From assembly GCF_001194135.2 (NCBI RefSeq), contig NC_068999.1, forward strand, positions 9,366,639-9,399,097: 32,459 bases of DNA, read 5' to 3'. Positions 1 through 11,003 of this stretch are shown here, one piece after another. The DNA is from Octopus bimaculoides. Its lineage: Eukaryota. The translations under genes were made by a program, and so were the position numbers. The notes beneath the pieces are model-generated. The model saw only the letters and a program-made list of their open reading frames with translations. It searched no databases and was not told the DNA's origin. Positions within the stretch are counted from its first letter, which is position 1. Each line of letters starts with the position of its first letter.

Positions 1-38
<38 letters not shown>

Positions 39-72
39 TTATTATTATTATTATTATTATTAATATTATTAT
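1..72. repeat. (TA)n then (TAT)n microsatellite
   Basis: Directly visible. Confidence 0.95.
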
Positions 73-82
73 TTCTCTTTTT

Positions 83-192
83 TGTATTACTATTTCTCCT
101 GACGTTGCGTTCTGAGTTCAAATATACTGGGGGACGACTTTGCCATTCATCATTTAGGAAATTGCTGGCCTTGTGCCAACATTTGAAACCAT
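83..192 (+). mobile_element. SINE type B fragment (tRNA-derived, Nin/Deu-domain-like), internally deleted
   Basis: GTTCTGAGTTCAAAT...GACTTTGCCATTCATC joined directly to the tail GCTGGCCTTGTGCCAACATTTGAAAC; both parts match the reverse complement of the copy at 10789-11003. Confidence 0.7.
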
Positions 193-368
193 TATTATTA
201 GTATTCCTATTTAGCCATTTATCTGCTGTTATTATTACAATTGTTTGAATTTTAAGTTAGCACAGCTAAAACTATATTATTAATATTATACAACTATAAT
301 TGACTTCCGAAGATTCACTCACCCCACCTCTATCTCTCTCTCTGTATCTCTGTCTCATTGTATCCTTG

Positions 369-399
<31 letters not shown>

Positions 400-802
400 G
401 TCTTTCATTCAATTTTCCCATATACCTCTCATTTCTTAGTATCACAGTGAAAGGATGAAAAATAATAATCAGTAAAAAAATGAAAGCAGAGTGAGAGAGA
501 AAGAAGGAAAGAAAAAGAGAGTTTGAGTGAGAGAGAGAGATAAAGATAGAGAGAGTGAGAGAGGGTTTGAGTGAGAGAAGGACCGATGTAGCGATGGGAG
601 TTACGGATAAATGGTCAAGTTAATTGCTAATGTTCTTATTCATTGGTGATGATGCCGTTTGTCTATGGTTTATGCTGTTGTTTTTGTAGTTTTTATTTTG
701 GAGTATATGTTTTATATAGTGACTTCATTAATTTTATTAACATACTTTCTCTCACTCTTTTCCCCCCTCCATCTGTCGGTCTGTCTGTCTGTCTCTTTCA
801 CA

Positions 803-837
803 CACTCACTCACTCACTCACTCACTCATTCACTCAC

Positions 838-921
<84 letters not shown>

Positions 922-1055
922 GATATATGTATATATATATATATGTATACATACACATACACAGACACACAAAGATACACACACATATATATATACATAT
1001 ATATTTCATCCATCTGTCTGGTTAGCATCTTTCTGTCTGTCTTTCGTTATACATT

Positions 1056-1096
<41 letters not shown>

Positions 1097-1150
1097 ATAT
1101 GTGTGCGTGTATGTGTGAGTTTGTGTGTGTGTATGTGTGTATGTGTGCGT
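803..1150. repeat. Compound (CACT)n, (ATCT)n, (AT/AC)n, (CT)n, (GT)n microsatellites
   Basis: Directly visible; source of ORFs 643..1152 and 659..922. Confidence 0.95.
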
Positions 1151-1318
1151 GAGTGTTTGTTCTGTGGGTGCATGCGTGTCTATATTTGTAGTTATTATAA
1201 AAATTAACCGGAGATGGGGTGCATTAGTGGACGAAAGAAGGAGAAGAGGAGAGAAAACCGGAGCGGGGAATAGTGAGTGGGCAACAGAGAGAGATTGAAA
1301 GAGAGAAAGGGGTAAAGA

Positions 1319-1375
1319 GAGATAGATAGATAGATAGATAGGGAGAGAGAGAGAGAGAGAGAGAGNNNNNNNNNN

Positions 1376-1417
<42 letters not shown>
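1319..1417. repeat. (AGAT)n and (GA)n with a 10-N gap
   Basis: Directly visible. Confidence 0.95.
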
Positions 1418-1418
<1 letters not shown>

Positions 1419-1609
1419 AAGAGCGTGAGAGTGCAGTTAATTGCCGTTCTTGTGTGTCCATCCGTATGACAAGCTCAGTGTTTCTGCGGCTTTTGGCCCA
1501 AGCCAAGTGGCCAACCGTTACAGCTTGCAGCACACTAGTTACGATACGGTCCACTTGCTAAATCATTTACAGCTCTGGCACGGAAGATATAAAGACACAT
1601 AAAACCAAC

Positions 1610-1840
1610 ATCACTATCATCATCATCGTCATCACCATCATCATCATCATCATCGTTATCATCATCATCATCATCATCAACTTCGTCGTCGTCAATATTA
1701 TCATCGTAGTCGTCGTCGTCGTCATCATCATCATTATCATTATCGACTTCATCATCAACAACAACAATACATAGAAATGAAAAAAAGAATACACAAACTA
1801 ATAATAATAACAACAACATTAATGATAATAACAACAGCCA
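1610..1840. repeat. Degenerate (ATC/GTC)n and (AAC/AAT)n trinucleotide tract
   Basis: Directly visible; gives the poly-Asp, poly-Met and poly-Leu ORFs. Confidence 0.9.
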
Positions 1841-2336
1841 TAATGATAATAAATGGGTACAAAATACAATGAAGATGCAAACAGGAGTAACAACATTTAT
1901 CTTATTACTAGCAAAGGCCAGTGAAAATAACAACAAAAAACAAACTAACCCTGACATCGTACAAAGATAACTAATGTAATAATGCAGATATATTTACACG
2001 TACATAGATATACAGAAATACACACATACACACACATATATATATACACTCTCACACAACTATATATATATATATGTTTAATAAAATATAGATGGCGAAC
2101 AGATAGCGTAAATTCTCAAAAAATGTAGGAAAGAGAATATTAGTAAACAGACAACGTAAACAAACAAAAAATATATAAATAAATGAAATAACCAATATAA
2201 ATTATAATAAAAATGTTACAAAAAGCAAAAGTAACAAACTGAACCGCAGATCCATGAGAAATTCGAAAATCTATTTTAACAAGGTTTGTTTGTTCTAGTC
2301 CATGTTTCATCGATTGCCTTAATAACACTGTCCCAT

Positions 2337-2413
2337 CCGCCATTTTAATTCATCGCTATGTTGGTTTCGCTTTCTTGTGGTCGAAGTTATCAAGTATTAG
2401 GGGCGCGGGAAAA
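2337..2413 (-). promoter_or_regulatory. Promoter-like motif pair: YY1-type CCGCCATTTT and E2F-type GGCGCGGGAAAA
   Basis: CCGCCATTTT at 2337-2346 (AAAATGGCGG on minus, containing the ATG of ORF 2140..2343); GGCGCGGGAAAA at 2402-2413. Confidence 0.3.
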
Positions 2414-2732
2414 AGCTATAAGCATATTAACTTTTTTTTCTTTCTTTCCTTCTCTGTTGTTGGTTTGTGTGTTTATTTTGTGTGTATGTGAGTATGTCTG
2501 TTTTACTTTTTTTTATTTTTGTTTTCAGAATCATTAGTTCTCTGGGGCTATAAGCGTTGCCTCTTTTGTAAAAATGTTTTATTTGGCAACTAAAAAAACA
2601 AAAACAAAAAAAACAGAAGAAATCAAAAACAAAAAAAATCCCTTGTTTGAAGTTGACATTTAACTTTGTTGTTATTGTTTCGCTAATTAAAACCGAATGC
2701 AAAGTGCAATGATGAAATGAATATACCGAAAT

Positions 2733-2766
<34 letters not shown>

Positions 2767-3294
2767 GCAATAATAATAACAGCAGTAACAATAATAAAAA
2801 TAATAAATATGTGATAGAATAATATAGAAAAAATGCAAAAGAAAAAGAAAATGAAACGCATANNNNNNNNNNTTGTTTTTGTTTCGTGTTTTTTAATTAT
2901 TGCTTTCATTTTGTTCTTTTATTATTTAAATTTAGTTTTGGTGGAGTGTTAAAACACTTCTACAAAGGAGATATTTAAACAAAATAGACAAAATTTAATC
3001 GGATTATTAACCGCAACGTTCGATTTCTTATTTGAACGCGGTTTTATTTTATGATTATATTCTAACGCCATATGTTTAGTAAACATACAACAGACATATA
3101 CACACACGCACGTATACACAGATGAACACATACATAGACAGTCGCATAACAGAACAGATGCATTATATCATGCACCATATAAATATATACATATAGTTGT
3201 ATGTGTTTCTATGCATGTGTACATATATATATATATATGCATATGTTTATCTAAGACTGTTATATATATTTATATATCTATATATGCAACGTTT

Positions 3295-3475
3295 AACAGT
3301 CAATGAACTGCAACAATGCCTGAGCACCACACTCAACGGTTTATAGGACAAACCTACCCTCATATTATCTTTTCAAAGTTTTCCGTATAACTTTTTCCGA
3401 ACCGCTAAGTAATATGTAACGAATAAAGCTTCGGTTGTCAGTCGGTGGAGTGTTAAATACAAACTGAAGGATACA
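3295..3475 (-). mobile_element. SINE type A, heavily decayed 3' tail fragment
   Basis: CAGTCAATGAACTGCAACAATGCCTGAGCACC...TTCCGAACCGCTAAGT...TCGGTTGTCA aligns by eye to the reverse complement of the tail at 4060-4240. Confidence 0.6.
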
Positions 3476-3530
3476 TTCACACCCACACAAAACTATGCGC
3501 ACATACATTGATATATATATATATATATAT

Positions 3531-3907
3531 GAGGAGTAACTGTGTGGTAAGAAGCTTGCTTCCCTATCCCATGGTTCTGATTCCAGTCCGACTGCGTGGC
3601 ACCTTCAGCAAGTGTCTTCCATTACAGCCTCAGGTCAACCAAAGCCTTGTGAGTGGATTTGGTAGACGGAAACTGAAAGAAGTCCGTCGTATNNNNNNNN
3701 NNNNNNNNNNNNNNNNNNNNNNNNNNNNNNNNNNNNNNNNNNNNNNNNNNNNNNNNNNNNNNNNNNNNNNNNNNNNNNNNNNNNNNNNNNNNNNNNNNNN
3801 NNNNNNNNNNNNNNNNNNNNNNNNNNNNNNNNNNNNNNNNNNNNNNNNNNNNNNNNNNNNNNNNNNNNNNNNNNNNNNNNNNNNNNNNNNNNNNNNNNNN
3901 NNNNNNN

Positions 3908-3975
<68 letters not shown>

Positions 3976-4243
3976 TGTGTGTGTGTGGGTGGGTGTGTGC
4001 GTGTGTGTATGTGTGTGCGTATGTGTGCTTGTGTGTTTATGTGTCTATGTTTGTCCCCATCATCGCTTGACTACCGATGCTGGTGTGTTTCTGTTCAAAT
4101 AACCTAGCGATTCAGCAAAAGAGACCGATAGCATATGTACTAGGCTTATAAAGAATAAGTTCCGGGGTCGATTTTGTTCGACTGAAGGTGGTGCTCCAGC
4201 ATGGCCGCAGTCGAATGACTGAAACAAGTAACAGAATAAAAGA
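3531..4243 (+). mobile_element. SINE type A, full length (tRNA head, CORE-like body, internal (AT)n/(GT)n microsatellite, unique tail); gap at 3693-3907
   Basis: Head CTGTGTGGTAAGAAGCTTGCTTCCC; CORE-like GCACCTTCAGCAAGTGTCTT...GCCTCAGG; tail GGTGCTCCAGCATGGCCGCAGTCGAATGACTGAAAC. Collinear with the minus-strand copy at 30951-31441. Confidence 0.9.
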
Positions 4244-4510
4244 ACATATCCATGGCAGACTTGTTCCAAATACACGACGGAATTCTACTATTCACAAGGC
4301 ATTGATCTAACTGGGGAATTATAGAGTACATCTGTGCAAGATTCTGCACTGTAGGATTGAACCGGAGCCTACATGGTTGCAAAGTAAGCTTCTTAGCCAC
4401 TCAGATACGTCTGCTCCATTTAAAGTTGTGTATATATGTCTATGCACTTGTCTATATAATTATGCTGTTTCGCTGTTTCAAACATTTCTAATAGCAGCCA
4501 CAGAGAAAAT

Positions 4511-4828
4511 TTTATTTTTTTATGCGCCCTTTTAAAGCCTAGCCAGGCTCATGAGCCCGGTTTCCCAGTTTCTATGGCGTATGTGTGCCCCACCAGCTGG
4601 ACGGGACGCCAGTCCATCGCAGGTTTACTCAAGAAACAGGAAGAAAAAGTGAGAGAAATTTGGGGCGAAAGAGTACAACAGGTGTCGCCACCAACCCCTG
4701 CCGGAGCCTCGTGGAGCTTTTGGGTGTCTTCGCTCAATAGACATATACAACGCCCGGTCTGAGAATCGAAACTACGATCCTCCGACGGTGAGTCCTCTGC
4801 CCTAACCACTGGGCTATTGCGCCTCCAC
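4511..4828 (-). mobile_element. SINE type C (tRNA-derived), full length, A-rich tail, 13-bp TSD
   Basis: Minus strand begins GGAGGCGCAATAGCCCAGTGGTTAGG (A-box) and contains the B-box-like GTTTCGATTCTC. Direct repeat CCACAGAGAAAAT at 4498-4510 and 4829-4841. The 5' ~195 nt match 18093-18283. Confidence 0.9.
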
Positions 4829-5848
4829 CCACAGAGAAAATACTGTTTCGAACTGAAGGTCAATTTACACCGTTTAATAGGTTTTATTAATTATTCCTAT
4901 GGCAATATAACAATTTACACATTATTCCTACCGGAATTATCTTCTAGCACACACACCAAAGGAAACGTACGAGCATCACGTGCTTAAAATCTTAACAATG
5001 TATACGAAATATATTTGCATATAGATTTTTAGATACTTTTATATAGATTTTAATATATTTAGTTTAATAATTTTGTCTAATCCATATCTTCAGAGATGAA
5101 ATCCGGTTATTATGGTATAATTTCGTGTTTATTTTATTAGAATAAAACATCTGGGTATTCTGTGCTACTATTCAAAGTGTTTGTGAATAATTCGGCGAAT
5201 ATAGATGCGTTTATTTTCCTTTATTGCAACTGCATTGAATACAGTAAATAAAAAAGAAGCTCTAATGCCCTTGAAATGGTATTATATTTCTTAGTGCTTA
5301 AACACAATAGGTATTTATTCCTATAAGGCCTACAGGAGCTTTTTGAACGTTAGAAGGACCCAATGGGCTGCAGTCTGCGAATCTAAAAGAAAATTTCAAA
5401 TGATAAATACATAGCGATTGCGCAAAATCGGTTTGTTGATAGCTATCTTTTCAGAGCTAATCATATAGGATTAATTAAACTTGACTCTAAATGATAACTC
5501 ATCAATTATCAGTTTTAAATCGGCTCATTTCATGGTATGCATTTCAGTAAATCAAGGCATGCATTAAAAATTGGCAGCTTCATGAAAATCTGGTCCATGT
5601 AGGAGTTAAATTTCTTCTCCACAAACTTTGATAGTGTTTACTAATAACAAAACTACAGCATTTTGTTTATGTGGAAGGTTTTTTTCTAAAGAGTTTATTA
5701 TATAAAATGAGGCCATTTTCCATATAAAATTGTGTAGGGGCCAATTGACCTGTTGTTATCTGTAGATTTATTGCAGGAACTTCGTAGGGTCAGTTGGGGT
5801 AACAGTATTGATGAAATAGGAGATGGAATGTGTAATAGACTTTATTGG

Positions 5849-5895
5849 GTACAATACATGTTTCGACACGTTTGGTGTCTCTTCAGGTACATCAA
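5849..5895 (-). ncRNA. Minimal type I hammerhead-ribozyme-like motif (core intact, stem I imperfect)
   Basis: Minus strand reads UUGAUGUAC-CUGAAGA-GACAC-caaac-GUGUC-GAAA-C-AU-GU-A-UUGUAC: conserved core, perfect 5-bp stem II, palindromic mini stem III (ACAUGU), GUA triplet. Confidence 0.6.
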
Positions 5896-6008
5896 TAAAA
5901 AGTCTCCCTAGAGATTTCTTGAGTCGGCTTACGTACCGATGCATGTCCATCAAATTCGAGAATGAGTTAAGTCAGAGAAAAATTATCGAAACGCGAAAAA
6001 TTCAAATG

Positions 6009-6057
6009 TTGATGTCCCTAAAGAGACCCAGAACTGGCCGAAACATGTGTTGTATCT
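6009..6057 (+). ncRNA. Degenerate hammerhead-like motif (likely inactive)
   Basis: CUAAAGA instead of CUGANGA, imperfect stem II (CCAG-aa-CUGG), GAAAC-AU-GUG; G at position 17 is non-cleavable. Confidence 0.45.
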
Positions 6058-6946
6058 ATTAAAAACATTTCATCTCCTGTTTTATTAATACTGTTTTATT
6101 TATATATATNNNNNNNNNNNNNNNNNNNNNNNNNNNNNNNNNNNNNNNNNNNNNNNNNNNNNNNNNNNNNNNNNNNNNNNNNNNNNNNNNNNNNNNNNNN
6201 NNNNNNNNNNNNNNNNNNNNNNNNNNNNNNNNNNNNNNNNNNNNNNNNNNNNNNNNNNNNNNNNNNNNNNNNNNNNNNNNNNNNNNNNNNNNNNNNNNNN
6301 NNNNNNNNNNNNNNNNNNNNNNNNNNNNNATATATATATATATATATACATATATACATACATATATATATATATATATATTCGCCAAGGGGGATGTAAA
6401 TATGTCTATATCCATTGAGACAACCATCGTCACTGTGATGACCGGAGAGTTAATTGTTTTCTCTTCACCAACACCTGTCCTTAAAAGATGACCGCTTGGT
6501 GCACACCAGAAATGGCCTCTGGGAAAACTTCCGTCTGGTTCATGTTAGCAAATATGTATACCTACACACACATCCACACATCGACACACGCACACATGCA
6601 TACATACACATATATGCATATGTATATTTACCTATACATATATACACACAAAAGGATGTTAAAATTCAAAGCGAAACTATTTTTTTTCATTTTGAGGTTA
6701 TATATCGTGTACACAGATAAAGTTATTGTCAAAAATCTGTTTATAATTTAGTTTTTACTTTTCATACCTGTCACAAATACAAGAATATTTAATATTTCTC
6801 TCTCTTAGAAACTGATTTCAGTATTTCATTTTCCTTAAATATTGCTCTGAGGTTTTTAATATACACACATACACACACACATATACAGATATATATATAT
6901 ACACACACACACATATATATGTCTATATATATGTCTATATATACAT

Positions 6947-6998
<52 letters not shown>

Positions 6999-7517
6999 GT
7001 ATAAATATATACATACGAATTCAGATATACACACACAAAAACATACATACCTATTTATACATATGCATTTTCTTATTGTCTCTCTGTCTTTCTTTTTGGT
7101 ATCTAAAACCAGCATTGATTCTCTCTGTCGTTGAAACTCTAAATAAGATACCTCGCTCGCCCTCTTACTCCTACGTTTTAGATGACTAGGAAACATGCCA
7201 GAAAAAAAATTATTAAAAAAAAAATATTAAAGTATACATGTTGTAAACAACTTAGTTTTCTTTTCATATGTGAGAGTATTTTTGTGCATTCATCTGAATT
7301 TTAGAACTATTAAATATATACCACAAAACACATACATACGTATACTTACATATATTTATATATATACATATACATATATATGTTTGTATGTGTAAGTATG
7401 CACACAGACACATGCACACATGCACGCTCATACGCATGTATATATTCATGTACGTAAGCATATATGGAGTTCCCTTATTTTTTTCTCTTTACAATATGTT
7501 ATTTGTGAGTGAATATA

Positions 7518-7552
<35 letters not shown>

Positions 7553-8704
7553 NNNNNNNNNNNNNNNNNNNNNNNNNNNNNNNNNNNNNNNNNNNNNNNN
7601 NNNNNNNNNNNNNNNNNNNNNNNNNNNNNNNNNNNNNNNNNNNNNNNNNNNNNNNNNNNNNNNNNNNNNNNNNNNNNNNNNNNNNNNNNNNNNNNNNNNN
7701 NNNNNNNNNNNNNNNNNNNNNNNNNNNNNNNNNNNNNNNNNNNNNNNNNNNNNNNNNNNNNNNNNNNNNNNNNNNNNNNNNNNNNNNNNNNNNNNNNNNN
7801 NNNNNNNNNNNNNNTATATATATATATATATGAGTTACACTCAAAATCGCACGCACACTAACGTATGTTCACATTTATAAATAGATACATTCATACATAT
7901 ATACGTATATAAGTATGTACAGAGACACACACATACACATAGAATCACATAGAATCTATGTATATGAAAATATGTGCGTGTGTATTGAAATATATATGAA
8001 TATATATATTTATTTTTAGATGTTTTGAGAGAGAATGGTAAGAAAAAAATCTCATCATAACTATATTTGTTTTTATACTTTTTACATGCACAAAAAATAT
8101 TGGAAGCAAACAATAGCTTCCCCCCTAAAAGATAATAGTTAAAAGTAAATAATAACAAAACATGCAAAAAAAAATAAGGAAGATGTGAGCTGGTATCCAC
8201 GGTACAATTTCCTGGTGTTTTCCTGCTGTGGAGGAGGAAAAACCGCTGCTTGAGGGAAGCAAGAGTTTCCCGCCAATTAAAGACGCAGGTAACCAGTAGA
8301 TCAAACGTTGCAGGTCTTTCTGATGTATACGGCAGGCAGTTTCTTTATTATTTATACAATCCCCTTTCCACTATCTCCGACTAGGTGTCTATCAGAACAG
8401 TGAAGGAACCCCCTCTCGAAATAACTGTACTTCTCTCATTTTGTAACGTCTTTCTAAATAATTCTTCTACAAATTTCTCGGTGCATATTTATATACATAC
8501 ATACATACATACACACATACATACACACATACCCATACACACATACCCATACACACACATACATTTACATATACATATATATATTTTCTGTAAATACAGA
8601 AGTACATTTGGATAAGTATATAAAAATATGTTTACATTAAAAATGTGTATATGAAATTTATATATTTCTATACATATTTCTCTCTGTATGACTATATATA
8701 TTTA

Positions 8705-8764
8705 TACCTACCTACCTACCTACCTACCTACCTACCTACCTACCTACCTACCTACCTACCTACC
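8705..8764. repeat. (TACC)n tetranucleotide repeat
   Basis: Directly visible. Confidence 0.95.
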
Positions 8765-9551
8765 TGCAAGCATACATACATACATACATACATGCATATA
8801 TGTATATATAAGTACTTGTATAAATATATACGTATCAATACGCATATATAGGCATATGTGTATGTGTGTATATGGTTATATGAACATATGTAGTGTTATA
8901 TACATATATGTGAATTGTTTGTGCGTGTGTGTTTGTGTATTAATTTCTAACATTTTTTCCATCAAATTGTAATTCACATACTTTTTTAACTAAACTCTCT
9001 GTGGGGTACCATTCTCTCTTTGCTTCTCAACTCTGAATGTGATTAGATTCCCCTACTACTACCACCACCACCACCGTTTCTGTAGCATTCTTTATGCCTC
9101 CCCTCGCCTACTTCTGTTTTTCTCCTCTCTCTATCTTACTTTACCACCCCTAGCCCCCCCTCTCTCTCTTTCACTTCTCTCGCTGATGCCTCTCCATGTA
9201 CTTTTGTTTGTTATTCCGTCCGACTGCCTTGCTGTTTCAAACGCTCGCTACGATACAAATATATGGACACAAACAATACAACTTTCGTGATTAAAAGTAT
9301 CCATCGATTGATTAAAAGCCAGAATTATTTAAATGGTAAACCTTACTTTGAATTTACTTTTTGATTTTGAATGATTTTGGCGAAGATGTAATGAAATTCA
9401 GCTAAACCATTTTATGATCACCATTCCATCGTCATTGTAAATGCCGAATAATTTTAATCTTTTAATTACCCAACAAAATGTATTACTCATTTTCTTTTCA
9501 TTTTTACATGTATATATATGCATATACACTTTACGTTTACAAATATATATT

Positions 9552-9651
9552 CACACATACACACATACGCACGCGCTCCTTTCAGTTTCCGTCTACCAAA
9601 TCCACTCACTAGGTTTTGGTCGGCCTGAGGTTATAGTAATACTTACTTAAG
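9552..9651 (-). mobile_element. SINE type A body fragment
   Basis: TTTCAGTTTCCGTCTACCAAATCCACTCAC...GGTCGGCCTGAGGTTATAGT matches the reverse complement of 3620-3690. Confidence 0.8.
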
Positions 9652-10193
9652 TTCTAGAAATTGTCTATAGTCCTCATTATTTTTTTTCCGTGACGTATGT
9701 ATCCTGCTGACGTCATTTTGTGGCTATTCCTCCCTACTACATCTCGTCCTTGACATTATATCTCACATCGTTCTTTGTGCTTTTGTATCACTTTATATAT
9801 TTTCTTCTTTCATCGTCCAGCCGTTACTTAGAAATTTCTTACAACATATCTCATAACCATTTTTGATTAAAGCAAGCTCGGCGAATATTTCAGACTTTTC
9901 TCTGTATATCAGCACACGGCTGTGATTTAGCAAATTCTTTCACTCCTTAGGAAAGATCGACTAAAATACACTGCGATTTTCGTTTCGTTTCAAATTTTCC
10001 CGAAGTAACGGTCAATATATAAATTAAAAGTCCAGCAGTTGTGTCGATTTCTCTTTCTCTTTATCCTTCTCTCTCTTTTCTCTCTTCTTTTCTCTATTCT
10101 TTCTCTCTCTTTCTTTATCAATTTTTAAGTTTGATTAATGATTGTATTAGTAATATAAAGCCCTTCCATTTTTACGTGTGACAACGATTTCAC

Positions 10194-10317
10194 CTGAGAT
10201 TTGCGCTAAAGAATTTTGGTCTGTCAGAACCAATTGCCTCGAACTAACTGGAATTATGCGAAAAGGCCTAAAAATAGCAGTTGTAGATTTCTGCAGATTA
10301 TAGCCACTTTTGCCTAG
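10194..10317 (-). CDS. Candidate 124-nt internal exon, unknown product (LGKSGYNLQKSTTAIFRPFRIIPVSSRQLVLTDQNSLAQIS)
   Basis: Pyrimidine-rich acceptor tgtgttttactttcag, only one open frame, weak donor CAG|GTGAAA. No homology recognised. Confidence 0.15.
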
Positions 10318-10788
10318 CTGAAAGTAAAACACAAAGGGTAGTATCTTCACCAGAGGGATATGAATATTTTCCATTTTGTTTCCTTGGCCGTGCTGCATGT
10401 TTTGGACCCGAGCAGAGCACCTTATTTTTAGTTTCTCGGGTCCACTCTGCTGAAACTAGTCTACCAGCTTAATGCGCTGCTGGATCAAAGTTTTATGGTT
10501 GTCGAGAGGGCGTCAGTGCATATGATTCCATACGCATGAAAAAGAAATAGTAAAAACATTGCATACGGTACACTAATCTTGTCGTTTAAAATTGTTCAAG
10601 AGCCGGCTATCAAGTATGATTTTATAATTCTGGACTAGAACCTAATATAAATGAGAAAAGAACGCTAGATATATAACATGCGTGGCTTACGACTATATAT
10701 GTTAACAAAATATTTCTTGGATGTCTATCGAATGGCATAGTGTGGTATAAAATGGAAGCTATGGATGGTCGAATCGAAATACAGATAT

Positions 10789-11003
10789 GTAATTTTGGCA
10801 CAAGGCCAACCATTCTGGGGAAGGTGGATGAGTCATTTACCTTGACCACAGTGCTCAACTGGTACTTAATTTATCGACCACTTAAATGATGAAAAGCAAA
10901 GTTGACCTTCGTGGCATTTGAACTCTGAACGTGAATTCGGACGAAATACCGCTAAGAATTTTGCCCGCCGTGCTAACGTCTCTGCCAGCTAACCGCTCTA
11001 TTA
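10789..11003 (-). mobile_element. SINE type B (tRNA-derived, Nin/Deu-domain-like), full length, with TSD
   Basis: Minus strand: GCTGGCAGAGACGTTAGCACGGCGGGC...GAGTTCAAATGCC...GCTTTTCATC...GGTCGATAAATTAAGTACCAG...GGCCTTGTGCCAAAATT. Direct repeat CGAATCGAAATA at 10770-10781 and 11004-11015. Confidence 0.85.

Larger units (their letters stand above)
5801..6095. mobile_element. Foldback element with ~90-nt imperfect inverted arms, each carrying a PLE-type hammerhead-like motif
   Basis: 5801-5895 aligns to the reverse complement of 6009-6095 (roughly 80% by eye, one 10-nt indel); spacer 5896-6008. Each arm has CTGAAGA or CTAAAGA...GAAACATGT followed by AATAAA or ATTAAA. Confidence 0.75.

Noticed and set aside
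1535-1957. 140-aa ORF with a signal-peptide-like N-terminus and a poly-Asp tract, superficially like an acidic biomineralisation protein
   Set aside because: The hydrophobic and acidic runs are direct translations of (GTT/ATT)n and (GAT/GAC)n microsatellites; overlapping frames give poly-Met as well.
4549-4863. ORFs of 104 aa (minus) and 62 aa (plus) with normal-looking composition
   Set aside because: They lie almost entirely within the TSD-bounded SINE type C.
5290-5750. Possible DNA-transposon remnant (TTCATGAAAATCTGGTCCA-like motif)
   Set aside because: No terminal inverted repeats, TSD or transposase fragment could be identified by eye.
8186-8300. Plus-strand exon-like VEEEKPLLEGSKSFPPIKDA ending at CAG|GTAACC
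   Set aside because: No convincing acceptor, an in-frame stop shortly upstream, and no recognisable homology.
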